A stretch of DNA of 62,225 bases from Gemmatimonadota bacterium (GTDB taxonomy: Bacteria > Gemmatimonadota > Gemmatimonadetes > Gemmatimonadales > GWC2-71-9): positions 1-62,225 of the forward strand of contig JBDHDN010000001.1 in the NCBI GenBank assembly GCA_039591485.1, read 5' to 3'. Made by a program: the position numbers and the translations under genes. Positions 44,926-54,188 of this stretch are shown here, in pieces; position 1 is the first letter of the stretch; each line of letters starts with the position of its first letter. The notes below the pieces were generated by a model. The model had not been told where the DNA came from, did no database searches, and saw only the letters and a program-made list of their open reading frames with translations.

Positions 44926-45913
44926 GACGCTGCCTCACTGAGATCAGCGACATCCGGATCGCCATCACCGTGTGATACACGAACACGAGCAGTACGGCGG
45001 CGCCCAGCGGCCAGAAGAACAGCGGGCGGGTCGGGCGGTACGAGGTGGTCTCGATCTCTTCGGGCGTCAGCGCGTCGATCTGCCGATAGACCGACTCCAG
45101 CTCTGCGCGGTCGCTCGCGTCGAACAGCTGGCCTCCCGTCGCACTTGCGACGTCCTGCAGGGCATCGAGGTCCATCTCACCTTCGCCCACGCTCGTGGGA
45201 TCTCCGACCGCAACCGGAAAGATCGTGAGCGCGTGCTGCGCCGCAATCTCGGCGGCCTTGCGCGGCGGGACCTTGCTGCCGGTATCGTTGCCGTCGGTGA
45301 GCAGGATCAGGACACGGTCGCGCGCGGTGCTCTGCTCGAACGCCTTGATGGTGAGCCCGATCGCGTCGCCCAGCATCGTCATGGGTCCGGCCATGCGCGG
45401 CTCGGTCTGATCCAGCAGGGTGCGCACCAGCATGTGGTCCTGCGTGAACGGCGCCTGTACGAACGCCTGATTCCCGAAGACGATGACCCCGATACGATCG
45501 GCATTCCGCCGTGCAATGAAGTCGGCGAGCACGAGCTTCACCGCGTCGAGCCGAGTGACGCGAGTGCCGTCCGGGTCGAACATGTCACGCGTATCCATGG
45601 AGCCCGAGAGATCTACCGCGAGCATGAGGTCGCGGGCGGACTCGATTTTCTCGATCGGCGGTTCCACGAACTGCGGGCGTGCCAGAGCGACGATCAACAG
45701 CACCCAGACGAGCGGCGCCAGCAGCTTCTGCAGCACGTTCGTGCGGAGCAGCGCACCACCACGCCGGGGCGTCTCGCCCAGCGCCGAGGCCATCTGCTCG
45801 AAGAACGGGATACGGACGGCCTCGACCTTCTCCCGGTACGGAGGCAGCAACCACCAAATCAAGAATGGTGCGGGGAGCAGGGTGAAGGCCCAGGGGGCGC
45901 CGAACTCAAACAC
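44918..45913 (-). CDS. batA: VWA-domain membrane protein (BatA-like)
   Basis: Start placed at the GTG at 45913 (VFEFGAPWAFTLLPAPFLIWWLL) behind an AGGAGG RBS. VWA MIDAS is VDLSGSMDTRD, and there is a C-terminal TM segment. Confidence 0.8.
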   Translation of the reverse strand: MFEFGAPWAFTLLPAPFLIWWLLPPYREKVEAVRIPFFEQMASALGETPRRGGALLRTNVLQKLLAPLVWVLLIVALARPQFVEPPIEKIESARDLMLAVDLSGSMDTRDMFDPDGTRVTRLDAVKLVLADFIARRNADRIGVIVFGNQAFVQAPFTQDHMLVRTLLDQTEPRMAGPMTMLGDAIGLTIKAFEQSTARDRVLILLTDGNDTGSKVPPRKAAEIAAQHALTIFPVAVGDPTSVGEGEMDLDALQDVASATGGQLFDASDRAELESVYRQIDALTPEEIETTSYRPTRPLFFWPLGAAVLLVFVYHTVMAIRMSLISVRQRHA

Positions 45914-46376
45914 GGTGCCTCCTGATCCAGTGAGCGACGAGATGCCGCAGAGCGGCAGCGGATTGCTCGTCTGCCGCGCCGGGATCGAACGACAACGACG
46001 CGAGCGCCTTACCCGGGCCGTTCGTGAACCCGCTGCCGCCGTACGTACGATCCAGGAACGCCAGCCATGCCTCACCCGTGAGCGCCGCCACCTCCGGCCG
46101 TGGCGCGGCAGCGAGTGCCACGCGCTTCACCAACGCCGGCAGGGCCGAGAGCGGCGTCGTATCGACCAGTGCGAGCGCCGCTCGACGGTAGGCGTTCTTG
46201 CGGTGCCGCCGCCATGCCAGCAGCGCTCCTACGGCGAGCAAGGCGATGACGGCCACAGCGACGACCGCCCACCCGAGGGTCTGCGGCACGAGTGACACCG
46301 GCTCGGGAACGACGATGTCGTTCAGGCCCTCGAGAACTGGTGAGGGTTGGGCTTCCTGGATCGCGAGCGGCATCAT
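45906..46376 (-). CDS. DUF4381-like small membrane protein
   Basis: The 156-aa product starts at MMPLAIQEAQPSPVLEGLNDIV.. and has a single TM segment WAVVAVAVIALLAVGALLAW. Its ATG overlaps the DUF58 stop. Confidence 0.6.
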   Translation of the reverse strand: MMPLAIQEAQPSPVLEGLNDIVVPEPVSLVPQTLGWAVVAVAVIALLAVGALLAWRRHRKNAYRRAALALVDTTPLSALPALVKRVALAAAPRPEVAALTGEAWLAFLDRTYGGSGFTNGPGKALASLSFDPGAADEQSAAALRHLVAHWIRRHRV

Positions 46377-47371
46377 CGGGGCGTCCGTCTGCGCAGCCCC
46401 GGCAGCGCACCCAACATCTCGCGCACCTGATCCAGCGGATCGCGGTGGGTACCGATCGGCAGTACCGGTACCCCGAGGGTGTCCTGCCAGCCCATCACGC
46501 GAGACAGTCGTCGGTCGACGACGTCCTTCATGCGCTGTTGTACCGATCCCCGTGCGGTGTCGATCTCCATTTGCAGCTCGCCGCCGCTCACTACGAGCCG
46601 GCCACCCGGCAGACCGGTCTGCGCACTGGGGTCGTACACCGGTACCGCGAGCACGTCGTTGTGCCGCGCCATGCGGGCGAGCAGTCGATCGGACTCCTCG
46701 TCGACACCGTCGAAGTCGCTGATGATCGTGATCAGATAGTCGTGGCCCGCACGCTGGTTGATGGCGTCGAGCACGTGATTGAAGATGCCGGGGTTCGGCG
46801 CTCTGGCACGATCCGCACGCAGTGCCCGGTTCTTCAGCACGATCGTCTCGAGGATTCGCATCACCGTCTTGCGGCTTCGATGCGGCCGGACGACCTCCCA
46901 ACCGTCGTCATCGAAGACGACTGCGCCGGGGCGGTCACCCTGATCCAAAATGCGCCACGCACTCGCCGCACCCGTTTCGGCGGCTACGACGGACTTCAGG
47001 GCGCGTCTGGTGCCGAAGAACATCGCCATCCGCTGATCGATCACCGTCAACGCCGGCCGATCGCGCTCCTCCGTGAAGACACGGACATGGGTCTCCCGCG
47101 TGCGCGCCGTCACCTTCCAGTCGATCGAGCGCACGTCGTCTCCCGGCAGGTAGCCGCGGATCTCCTCGAAGTTGAGCCCCCTGCCCCGCATGCGTGACGC
47201 GTGACGCCCCGAGAGCAGGGAGTGTACCGGCTGGCGTGGCAGGAACGTGAGGCCGCGGACGCGGTACTGCATCCGAACGAGATCGTCGAGCGATGTATAG
47301 ACACCCGCCGAGTCCCCGACGTCCGCCGGCACTCGTCGGATCACACCGGATCGCGCTTCGTCCGATCGCAT
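46373..47371 (-). CDS. DUF58-domain protein (MoxR-associated)
   Basis: Start at MRSDEARSGV.. and contains the signature ..GRHASRMRGRGLNFEEIRGYLPGDDVRSIDWKVTAR... It lies 8 nt after the moxR stop. Confidence 0.8.
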   Translation of the reverse strand: MRSDEARSGVIRRVPADVGDSAGVYTSLDDLVRMQYRVRGLTFLPRQPVHSLLSGRHASRMRGRGLNFEEIRGYLPGDDVRSIDWKVTARTRETHVRVFTEERDRPALTVIDQRMAMFFGTRRALKSVVAAETGAASAWRILDQGDRPGAVVFDDDGWEVVRPHRSRKTVMRILETIVLKNRALRADRARAPNPGIFNHVLDAINQRAGHDYLITIISDFDGVDEESDRLLARMARHNDVLAVPVYDPSAQTGLPGGRLVVSGGELQMEIDTARGSVQQRMKDVVDRRLSRVMGWQDTLGVPVLPIGTHRDPLDQVREMLGALPGLRRRTPR

Positions 47372-47379
47372 GGCGCCTC

Positions 47380-48399
47380 TCAGGCCACGGCGACCTGTGT
47401 CAGCAGCGCGTCGATCACGGCGTTTGCCGAGACCCCAGCGGCGCCGGCCTGGTAACTCAGCATCAGGCGGTGCCGCAGCACGTCGTGCGCCACCGCGCGC
47501 ACGTTGTCCGGCGTGACGTGGTCCTGACCCTGGAGCCACGCGTGTGCCCGCGAGCACTTGTCCAGCGCGATGCCCCCGCGCGGGCTGGCTCCGACGTCGA
47601 CCCACTTCTCCAGATCTGCCGAATAGCTCCCAGGATGCCGGGTCGCGTCGATCAGGTCGACGATGTACTGCTCGATCGACTCGGCAATGTGCACCTGGTG
47701 GATCTCGTTGCGCGCTGTAAACACGGCCTCCTGAGGAACCGGCGGAGCGCCAGCCGGCGGTGAGCTCGCTGTGCCTGCTCCCTCTTGGGAACGCCCCACG
47801 TCACCCCGTGGATTGCGCAGGATCTCCTCACCTCGCACGAGGCGCAGCACATGCACCTCGTCACTCTTTCCGGGGTAGTCGATCAGCACGTGCATCAGAA
47901 ACCGGTCCATCTGCGCTTCGGGAAGCGGGTAGGTACCCTCCTGCTCCACCGGGTTCTGCGTGGCCATGACCAGAAACAGCGGCGGCAGCGTGTGGGTCGT
48001 GCCGGCCACCGTGACTTGACGCTCCTCCATCGCTTCCAGGAGAGCCGCCTGCACCTTGGCGGGAGCGCGGTTCACCTCGTCGGCCAACACGAGGTTGGCG
48101 AAGATGGGCCCCGGCTCGAAGCGGAATTCCCCTTTGCCATCGATCTGGTGATAGACCTCGGTGCCGGTCACGTCCGATGGCAGCAGGTCCGGCGTGAACT
48201 GAATACGCGAGAAGTCGGCCTCGAGATGGGTACCGAGGCTCTTGATCGCTCTGGTCTTGGCAAGGCCTGGCAGGCCCTCGACCAGCAGATTGCCGTTGGC
48301 GAGCAGTCCGATGATGATCCGCTCGAGGATGTGCTCCTGGCCCACGATGTCCCGGGACATGCGGGCTCGGAGATCGAGAATTGCGTCGCGTGTCGTCAT
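47380..48399 (-). CDS. MoxR-family AAA+ ATPase
   Basis: Start at MTTRDAILDLRARMSRDIVGQEHILERIIIGLLANGNLLVEGLPGLAKT.. and contains ..LADEVNRAPAKVQAALLEAMEE... Confidence 0.9.
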   Translation of the reverse strand: MTTRDAILDLRARMSRDIVGQEHILERIIIGLLANGNLLVEGLPGLAKTRAIKSLGTHLEADFSRIQFTPDLLPSDVTGTEVYHQIDGKGEFRFEPGPIFANLVLADEVNRAPAKVQAALLEAMEERQVTVAGTTHTLPPLFLVMATQNPVEQEGTYPLPEAQMDRFLMHVLIDYPGKSDEVHVLRLVRGEEILRNPRGDVGRSQEGAGTASSPPAGAPPVPQEAVFTARNEIHQVHIAESIEQYIVDLIDATRHPGSYSADLEKWVDVGASPRGGIALDKCSRAHAWLQGQDHVTPDNVRAVAHDVLRHRLMLSYQAGAAGVSANAVIDALLTQVAVA

Positions 48400-48462
48400 A
48401 GCGCTGTCGTCACCGTACCTGACCGTCCGCTCGAGAATCCACGAGTGTTCCACACTCTACAT

Positions 48463-49380
48463 TCACAACCCACCCCACGCGAACTGGTATGCCACGCTCA
48501 CCACGTCGAAGTCCGGACCCCGGTCGATCCGCTTGGTCGTCACCGCAGCCAGCTTGAGCGAATGTAGCCCGACGATGCAGCCCGCGGCCGTGATCCCGAC
48601 ACGGAAGGCCGATTGGCAATTGTCCCCGGGCTCTCCGTTCACCACGCCGCGAGCACCCGCCCCAATCCCACTGTCGAGGGCGACCCAGAAGCGCCGGGAC
48701 AGCGTGCGCACGAGATGGAGCTGCGCCGAGAGGAACGGACGCTGCTCGAGCGTGTTGCCGCCGAAGAAGTCACTGTTGGTCGTGAAGAATCTCGCGCTCG
48801 CGTATGCTTCGACGATCCACGGCCCTAATCGCTGCGAGACGCCGATCTGCGACACGAACGCCCAGCGATGGGAACCGAGATTGAGCAACCGATCGGGATC
48901 GTACTGCCCGACGGGCACCCACACCTGTACGCTGGCACCGACCACGGTACCCGGAACGTAGTCGGCAAACTCCTCACGGTTGAGCGCGGGGGCACCCACC
49001 AGGTTCACGGACAGCCGCACGCGTGGATCGCCGATGCCATTGGCGATGCGCGTGGTGTCCTGCCGCTCGAGTAGGCCACGCCAGCGGCCGGTCGAGGCCG
49101 GAACGATTGCGTCGATCTTACCGGACAGGCCGAAGACATCGATCGCCCGCGCGTATGCAGCGACCAGCGTATGGAGGTCGGCGTTCAGGTCCTCGACGGG
49201 AATGGCGGGATCCAGTAGCACGTTCCCGTAGGAGAACGCATAGCCGAACACGACAAAGTTGGTCCCCATTGGGAGGTTGGTGAGCGCGCGCGGCTCGAGA
49301 TCCTGCGCAGAAGCCGCTCCCGTCGCCAGCGCCCCGATGGCCGCGACGGCTCCCCATGCCCTGGCTGCGTTGCGCATCAT
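48463..49380 (-). CDS. Outer-membrane beta-barrel transporter (MetA-pathway/phenol-degradation-like family)
   Basis: Track ORF of 305 aa with a signal peptide followed by QDLEPRALTNLPMGTNFVVFGYAFSYG, the characteristic N-terminal motif of this family. Confidence 0.6.
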   Translation of the reverse strand: MMRNAARAWGAVAAIGALATGAASAQDLEPRALTNLPMGTNFVVFGYAFSYGNVLLDPAIPVEDLNADLHTLVAAYARAIDVFGLSGKIDAIVPASTGRWRGLLERQDTTRIANGIGDPRVRLSVNLVGAPALNREEFADYVPGTVVGASVQVWVPVGQYDPDRLLNLGSHRWAFVSQIGVSQRLGPWIVEAYASARFFTTNSDFFGGNTLEQRPFLSAQLHLVRTLSRRFWVALDSGIGAGARGVVNGEPGDNCQSAFRVGITAAGCIVGLHSLKLAAVTTKRIDRGPDFDVVSVAYQFAWGGL

Positions 49381-49389
49381 GCGCGAGCC

Positions 49390-50031
49390 CTAGTCTCCCT
49401 GCGTGCTCACGAGCTTCCGGGACCCCAACGCCGCCTGCGTATCCGCACCCCAGTTGAAGTACCAGCCGAGCGCGTCCATGAATCCCGAGTCCAGGGGGTG
49501 CACCTTGCTCCGTTCGACGATCTGCAGCGTGCCCATGGTCGGCACCGACGTGAGCGGCTGAAATACCGTCACGCGATCGCCATCGAGTGCTTCAACGATG
49601 AACCCGATGGTGCGAATGCCAGGTGCAAGTTCCAGCAGCGCCGGCTGCATATTCTTCAGCTCCTCTCCGGCCAGCTGCCGAGTGATGTCGCGCACGATGC
49701 GATACGGCGGAAACCGGTTGAAGAACTCCCGCTCTATCCACGCACCCACCCGCCGAGCCGGCCCGGTGTCCTTGAGGATCCCAATCAGCACAAAGAGCAC
49801 GAACAGGCTCCCGAGGATCGCGAGCTGTCGCTGCAGAGGACTCAGGACGCCGAATTGCGGAATCACGTCCTGCAGCGGTGCGGTGAGCAGGACCGTGAGG
49901 TCATAGAACCCGCCGATCAGGAGGTAGGCAAGCAGGAACGGCAGCAGAATGAGAAAGCCGCTCACGAACTTCCGGCCGAGTGCCTTGAGGAAGCCGCCCA
50001 TGGTGGTTTTGCCTTCCAGGCTGTGCGCCAC
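49390..50031 (-). CDS. DUF502-domain membrane protein
   Basis: Track ORF of 213 aa with ..FLKALGRKFVSGFLILLPFLLAYLLIG.. and a conserved C-terminal beta domain. An alternative start lies at 50001. Confidence 0.65.
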   Translation of the reverse strand: MAHSLEGKTTMGGFLKALGRKFVSGFLILLPFLLAYLLIGGFYDLTVLLTAPLQDVIPQFGVLSPLQRQLAILGSLFVLFVLIGILKDTGPARRVGAWIEREFFNRFPPYRIVRDITRQLAGEELKNMQPALLELAPGIRTIGFIVEALDGDRVTVFQPLTSVPTMGTLQIVERSKVHPLDSGFMDALGWYFNWGADTQAALGSRKLVSTQGD

Positions 50032-50148
50032 GTCATCCTGCTCTTGCGATGGGCCGGCTGGCGATCACCAGATGTGCGCAATCACCAGCCAGCATTCGTC
50101 ACTCACGTTGCCCTATTTGTTCCCCGCGCAAGCTGCGTCGAGGCTCCG

Positions 50149-51627
50149 CTAGTGGCTCGTCGGATTGAGCTTCTCCATCACCTGATCGAGACTGAAGCTC
50201 GCCGCCCTCTGCCGCGGCGGGAACTCCGCAAAGGTCTCCAGGAACCGGGCCACGTACGCTTGTGCCGGCACCATCAAGAACACGTGGTCGAGCATCCAGT
50301 CGTAGTACGTGTTCGAAGTGATCGAGGCCCGCTCATAGGGATCGCGCCGCAAATTGAAGAGGAGCGGCAGCCGGAGCGGCACAAACGGCTCCATCCACAC
50401 GCGGAAGGTACCGGCCGCCTTCTGCTCCATGAAGATCAGTTTCCAATCGGCGTAGCGCAGGGCCGTCAGGTCCCCGTCGTCCGAGAAGTAGAAGATCTCC
50501 TGGCGCGGGCTTTCGTCGGTCTCGCCCGTGAGCAAGGGCAGGATGTTGTACCCATCGAGATGCACCTTGTACGACCGGCCGATCGCCTCGACACCGCCCT
50601 GCATCAGCTTCGCCTTGATGTCGGTATCACCGGCCGCCGCCAGAAACGTCGGCAGCCAGTCCATGTGATGGACGATCTCGTTCGTGACGGATCCAGGCGC
50701 GATGTTCCCGGGCCAACGCACCATCGCCGGTACCCGCCAACCACCTTCCCAATTCGTGTTCTTCTCACCCCGGAACGGCGTCGAGGCCGCATCCGGCCAC
50801 GTGTTGTAGTGCGGGCCGTTGTCGGTCGAGTAGATACCGTCGGAGTACTCGTCCTGCCCCGAGATGCCGCGCAGCTCGTCCTTGACGTGGGTGCGGAAGT
50901 GCATGCGTGTCCCGCTCCACCAGACGAAGAACGGCTCCCCCGCCTCGTGGGCCCGCCGGATGAAGGCCATGGCGGCATCGGAGGTCTCGTCGTCCACGGT
51001 CTCCATCCGCTTCTTCGTGAGCGGGCCGGTATCCTCGATGCGCCCATCGGCGTAGCTGTGGATCACGCCGCGGGGCCCGAACCGCTCGAGGAAGGTCCGT
51101 CCGTCTGCGGTCACCATGTCCCCGGGGTAGTCCTCGTGCTCCGGCTCTTCCTCGGCGTTGAGATGATACAGGTTGCCGAAGAACTCATCGAAGCCGTGGT
51201 TGGTGGGCAGAAACTCATCCTGGTCGCCCAGGTGGTTCTTGCCGAATTGGCCCGTCGCGTACCCGTGGGCTTTGAGGAGCCCGGCGATCGTCGGATCCTC
51301 GATGCGAAGGCCGAGATCCGCTCCGGGCAACCCGACCTTGCTCAGGCCGGTACGGAATACGCTCTGGCCGGTGATGAACGACGACCGACCTGCGGTACAG
51401 CTCTGCTCACCGTAGTAGTCGGTGAACATCATGCCTTCGTTGGCAATCCGGTCGATGTTGGGCGTCCGGTAGCCCATCATGCCCATGGTGTAGGCACTGA
51501 CGTTGGACTGGCCGATGTCATCGCCCCAGACGACGAGGATGTTGGGCCGGTCCTGTGCTTGGGCAGTGCTCGCCACGATGGCCAGGAGCGCTGCTGCCAC
51601 CAACCAGCTACCTATTCTTCTTCTCAC
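50149..51627 (-). CDS. Arylsulfatase (S1 family), copy 2, carrying an in-frame internal deletion relative to copy 1
   Basis: Track ORF of 492 aa, collinear with and highly similar to 35741..37306 (same SCTAGRSSFITGQ motif). It reads ..EYSDG-I-YSTDNG.. where copy 1 has ..EYSDGMVEHDMHIGRFLELLDELGIAENTIVFYSTDNG... It has a GTG start with a GGAGG RBS. Confidence 0.8.
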   Translation of the reverse strand: MRRRIGSWLVAAALLAIVASTAQAQDRPNILVVWGDDIGQSNVSAYTMGMMGYRTPNIDRIANEGMMFTDYYGEQSCTAGRSSFITGQSVFRTGLSKVGLPGADLGLRIEDPTIAGLLKAHGYATGQFGKNHLGDQDEFLPTNHGFDEFFGNLYHLNAEEEPEHEDYPGDMVTADGRTFLERFGPRGVIHSYADGRIEDTGPLTKKRMETVDDETSDAAMAFIRRAHEAGEPFFVWWSGTRMHFRTHVKDELRGISGQDEYSDGIYSTDNGPHYNTWPDAASTPFRGEKNTNWEGGWRVPAMVRWPGNIAPGSVTNEIVHHMDWLPTFLAAAGDTDIKAKLMQGGVEAIGRSYKVHLDGYNILPLLTGETDESPRQEIFYFSDDGDLTALRYADWKLIFMEQKAAGTFRVWMEPFVPLRLPLLFNLRRDPYERASITSNTYYDWMLDHVFLMVPAQAYVARFLETFAEFPPRQRAASFSLDQVMEKLNPTSH

Positions 51628-51643
51628 ACTTCCTCCCTGTGGT

Positions 51644-51713
51644 TAGTCATTCTGCACTCTGCATTCAGCATTCTGCACTCAGCACTCTGCACTCTGCACT
51701 CTGCATTCCCTCA
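51644..51713 (-). repeat. Heptanucleotide tandem array C (about 10 units)
   Basis: The plus strand reads TCTGCAC TCTGCAT TCAGCAT TCTGCAC TCAGCAC TCTGCAC TCTGCAC TCTGCAT TCCCTCA, so the minus (sense) strand reads GTGCAGA/ATGCAGA. The first unit on the sense strand contains the DUF3604 copy-2 stop. The array fills most of the spacer to the sulfatase-2 RBS. Confidence 0.85.
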
Positions 51714-53593
51714 CGGCGTATACCAGATCGGACTCGTGTACGCCCGTTCCTGTGTGACCATCGGCACCTCGGAGTCCATCGTGATGCCGAACCGCTTCTG
51801 GTCGTACGCCGTCCAGCGCGGTGTGGGGATCTCGAGCACGCGCGCGTAGTAGAACGCCGGCTGCGATGGGTCGAAGTCCGGGTCGGTCCACACGGTGATC
51901 AGCTCGGGATCACCGATCGTGTTGGTCCACGTGGCGTTCGCCACGTCCACCGTGTTCCCGACGGGCGGCAGCTTGCCGTCGCGCCCCGGCTGCCGGCGGT
52001 CGGCATCACCCCAGGCCACGTCGTACACGCGCTCGTGCGCGTTGCCGCTTGCGTCGAGCCACCCCTTGACGATCTGGATGCGATCCAGGTTGCCGCTGTA
52101 CGGATCCTTCAGTGCCGCGACGAGGAAAGAAGGTGCCGTGCCAGTCGGCGCGGGCGTCAGGTCGCCGCCCATCGGCACACCATTGGCATAGCCGACCTCG
52201 GCAGGGAGTCGGCTCGTGGCATCGGCCTCGACGAAGTCCCATCCACCCCAGAAGCGCACCAGCATGCGCGGGCCGGTGGTGCCGTACACCTCACGCCGGT
52301 TGAACGCGTCCCAGATCGCCTCGCGCGTGTTCTCGGTCGCCCACACGGCGGCCAACCCCGATGACACCTGCTCCCAGCCCATCACATTGGCGGCGGGCGT
52401 CGCCAGCACCGGCTGCGCCCAGCGATGGTCACTCGGCTCCTTGCCGCTATGCTTGCCGAAAAAGTTCTCCTCGGCGGCCGTGGCAAGCGACGTGTGCGAA
52501 TCGGTGCTGCCCACCACGCCGAACTTGAACGGGTTCACACCCAGGTCCGCCTCGATGCGAAGACCGTTCTTCAGCGCCTCGCGCGCGTACTCGTACTGCA
52601 GCATGTCGTCGGTCTTGAGCTGGCTCATGTCGAGGTTGCCCTTGTCCCACAGCTCGTACCCGGCAAACTCGTCATCGGGCGAGAGATAGGGGTGCGCCTC
52701 CCCATCACCCTTGATCTGAGTGATCTCGTACACCGGCTCCCAGTTGGCACGGGTCTCGACGTAGGTGCGGTCCAGCGGCTCACCGACAGCTTGGTGAACG
52801 CGAACATCATCCCGTTCGAGAGGTTGCCGTTGTGGGGGATTGCCAGCACGTGGTCGCCCGTCTTCTCCTCGTAGGAGGCCATGAACTCCCACAGCTTCTC
52901 AGGGTCGGGACTGTCGGCGAAGGTGAACGGCAAGATCCGGTCGGCACTCGACTTGTCACCACGGAAGACCAGGACCCGATGCAGGTTGTTGCCCTGCACT
53001 AGCGAGGTCCATTCGTAGCCGATCAGCGCGGTGAACTGCCCCGGCTCGTTGAAACCCTCGGCGGTCGCCGTGTACGAATTCCAGACCGATCGCGCGATCA
53101 TGGGATCGAGCATCGCCGGCGGGATATTTCCCTGACTGGCCTCCGAGATGAGCTCTCCCGCTGCCTGCACTCCTCTCTCCGGGCTCTCGTTCATCATCAG
53201 ATGCCAGCGCTTGAGCCGCTCGTCCTGCAACAACGACGGATTGCCTTTGTACAGCTCCATCATTGCACCCATGGCGACACCGTGGTCCGCCACAACCAAC
53301 CAGTCCAACGGTCGTGAGAGCTGGACACGCTGCCCGGTCGCCGACGTCACGGACTCGCCACGCGCGAACCGGTACGCTTCCTCTGGGCCCAAGCGGTTGC
53401 CGAACGCGAACGCATCGGGCGAGTTGGCCGTGTGCAGGTGGGTATCCCCCCACAACACCTGGGTCGGGAATCCCCGATCGGCGTACGGGGAGTACCCGCG
53501 GCTCTTGAAGTGCTCAGCCGCTTGTTCCTCGATAACCGGTATCTGTGCGGCAGCACACAGCACGCCCATGAACCTCAGCTTCGACCAACGCAT
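51711..53593 (-). pseudogene. DUF3604-family gene, copy 2, interrupted by a single frameshift near 52785 (or a sequencing error)
   Basis: Two overlapping track ORFs, 52625..53593 (N-terminal part, ..[29 protein letters not shown]) and 51711..52892 (C-terminal part, ..[32 protein letters not shown]..), together align end-to-end with the intact copy 58736..60727. The frames switch within CTGTCGGTGAGCCG. Confidence 0.75.
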
Positions 53594-53659
53594 GCCAACT
53601 CCTCCTCAAGTGTTTGCTCGTGACTCCACGTGCTATCGCACCATGCCTGCAACCCGTAC

Positions 53660-53722
53660 TCTGCATTCTGCATTCTGCGTTCTGCATTCTGCGTTCTGCG
53701 TTCTGCGTTCTGCACTCTTCAC
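53660..53722 (-). repeat. Heptanucleotide tandem array D (9 units)
   Basis: The plus strand reads TCTGCAT TCTGCAT TCTGCGT TCTGCAT TCTGCGT TCTGCGT TCTGCGT TCTGCAC TCTTCAC, so the sense strand reads ATGCAGA/ACGCAGA/GTGCAGA. It overlaps the stop codon (53719-53721) of the upstream glycine-zipper gene. Confidence 0.85.
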
Positions 53723-54186
53723 TCACGCTGCACCCGTTGCACCTGCGTTCCTCTGGGGCCGCTCGTCAGACGAACCCGGTCTCCGGCGTAGTACTGCTGC
53801 TCACCCGCGAGTTGGATCGCGACTTCGTCGCCCGAGTCGAGCCGGATGGTCAACTCGGTACCGCGTTTCGTTGAGCCGGCACGGTCGGCTGCACGACCGA
53901 TCGCGCCACCAATCGCCCCACCGACAAGCGCGCCGAGCAGCCCATCGCCGCGCCGCGCGATCGCGGCGCCGGCGATGGCGCCCACGGTCGATCCCGCCGC
54001 GGCACCACGGCCGCTCGGACGGTCCTGGATAACGACGGCTTGTGCCGAGAGGACTTCACCATACTGTAGCCGCTGCATCACGTTCGACTGCGCGGTGACG
54101 GAATCGGCGGCCACGAGTCCAACGCCGAGCGTCATCGCGCACCCGAGCCATGCAGCGGACAGCTGGCCCGCAGCGCGCCGCGACAT
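53719..54186 (-). CDS. Glycine-zipper (SlyB/17-kDa-antigen-like) outer-membrane lipoprotein
   Basis: Track ORF of 155 aa with a lipobox-like AAWLGC and Gly-zipper GSTVGAIAGAAIARRGDGLLGALVGGAIGGAIG. Confidence 0.65.
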   Translation of the reverse strand: MSRRAAGQLSAAWLGCAMTLGVGLVAADSVTAQSNVMQRLQYGEVLSAQAVVIQDRPSGRGAAAGSTVGAIAGAAIARRGDGLLGALVGGAIGGAIGRAADRAGSTKRGTELTIRLDSGDEVAIQLAGEQQYYAGDRVRLTSGPRGTQVQRVQRE

Positions 54187-54188
54187 GG

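Noticed and set aside
49498-51849. 783-aa plus-strand ORF
   Set aside because: It is antisense to the DUF502 gene and sulfatase 2 and runs through heptamer array C. No domain is recognisable. It is a shadow ORF.
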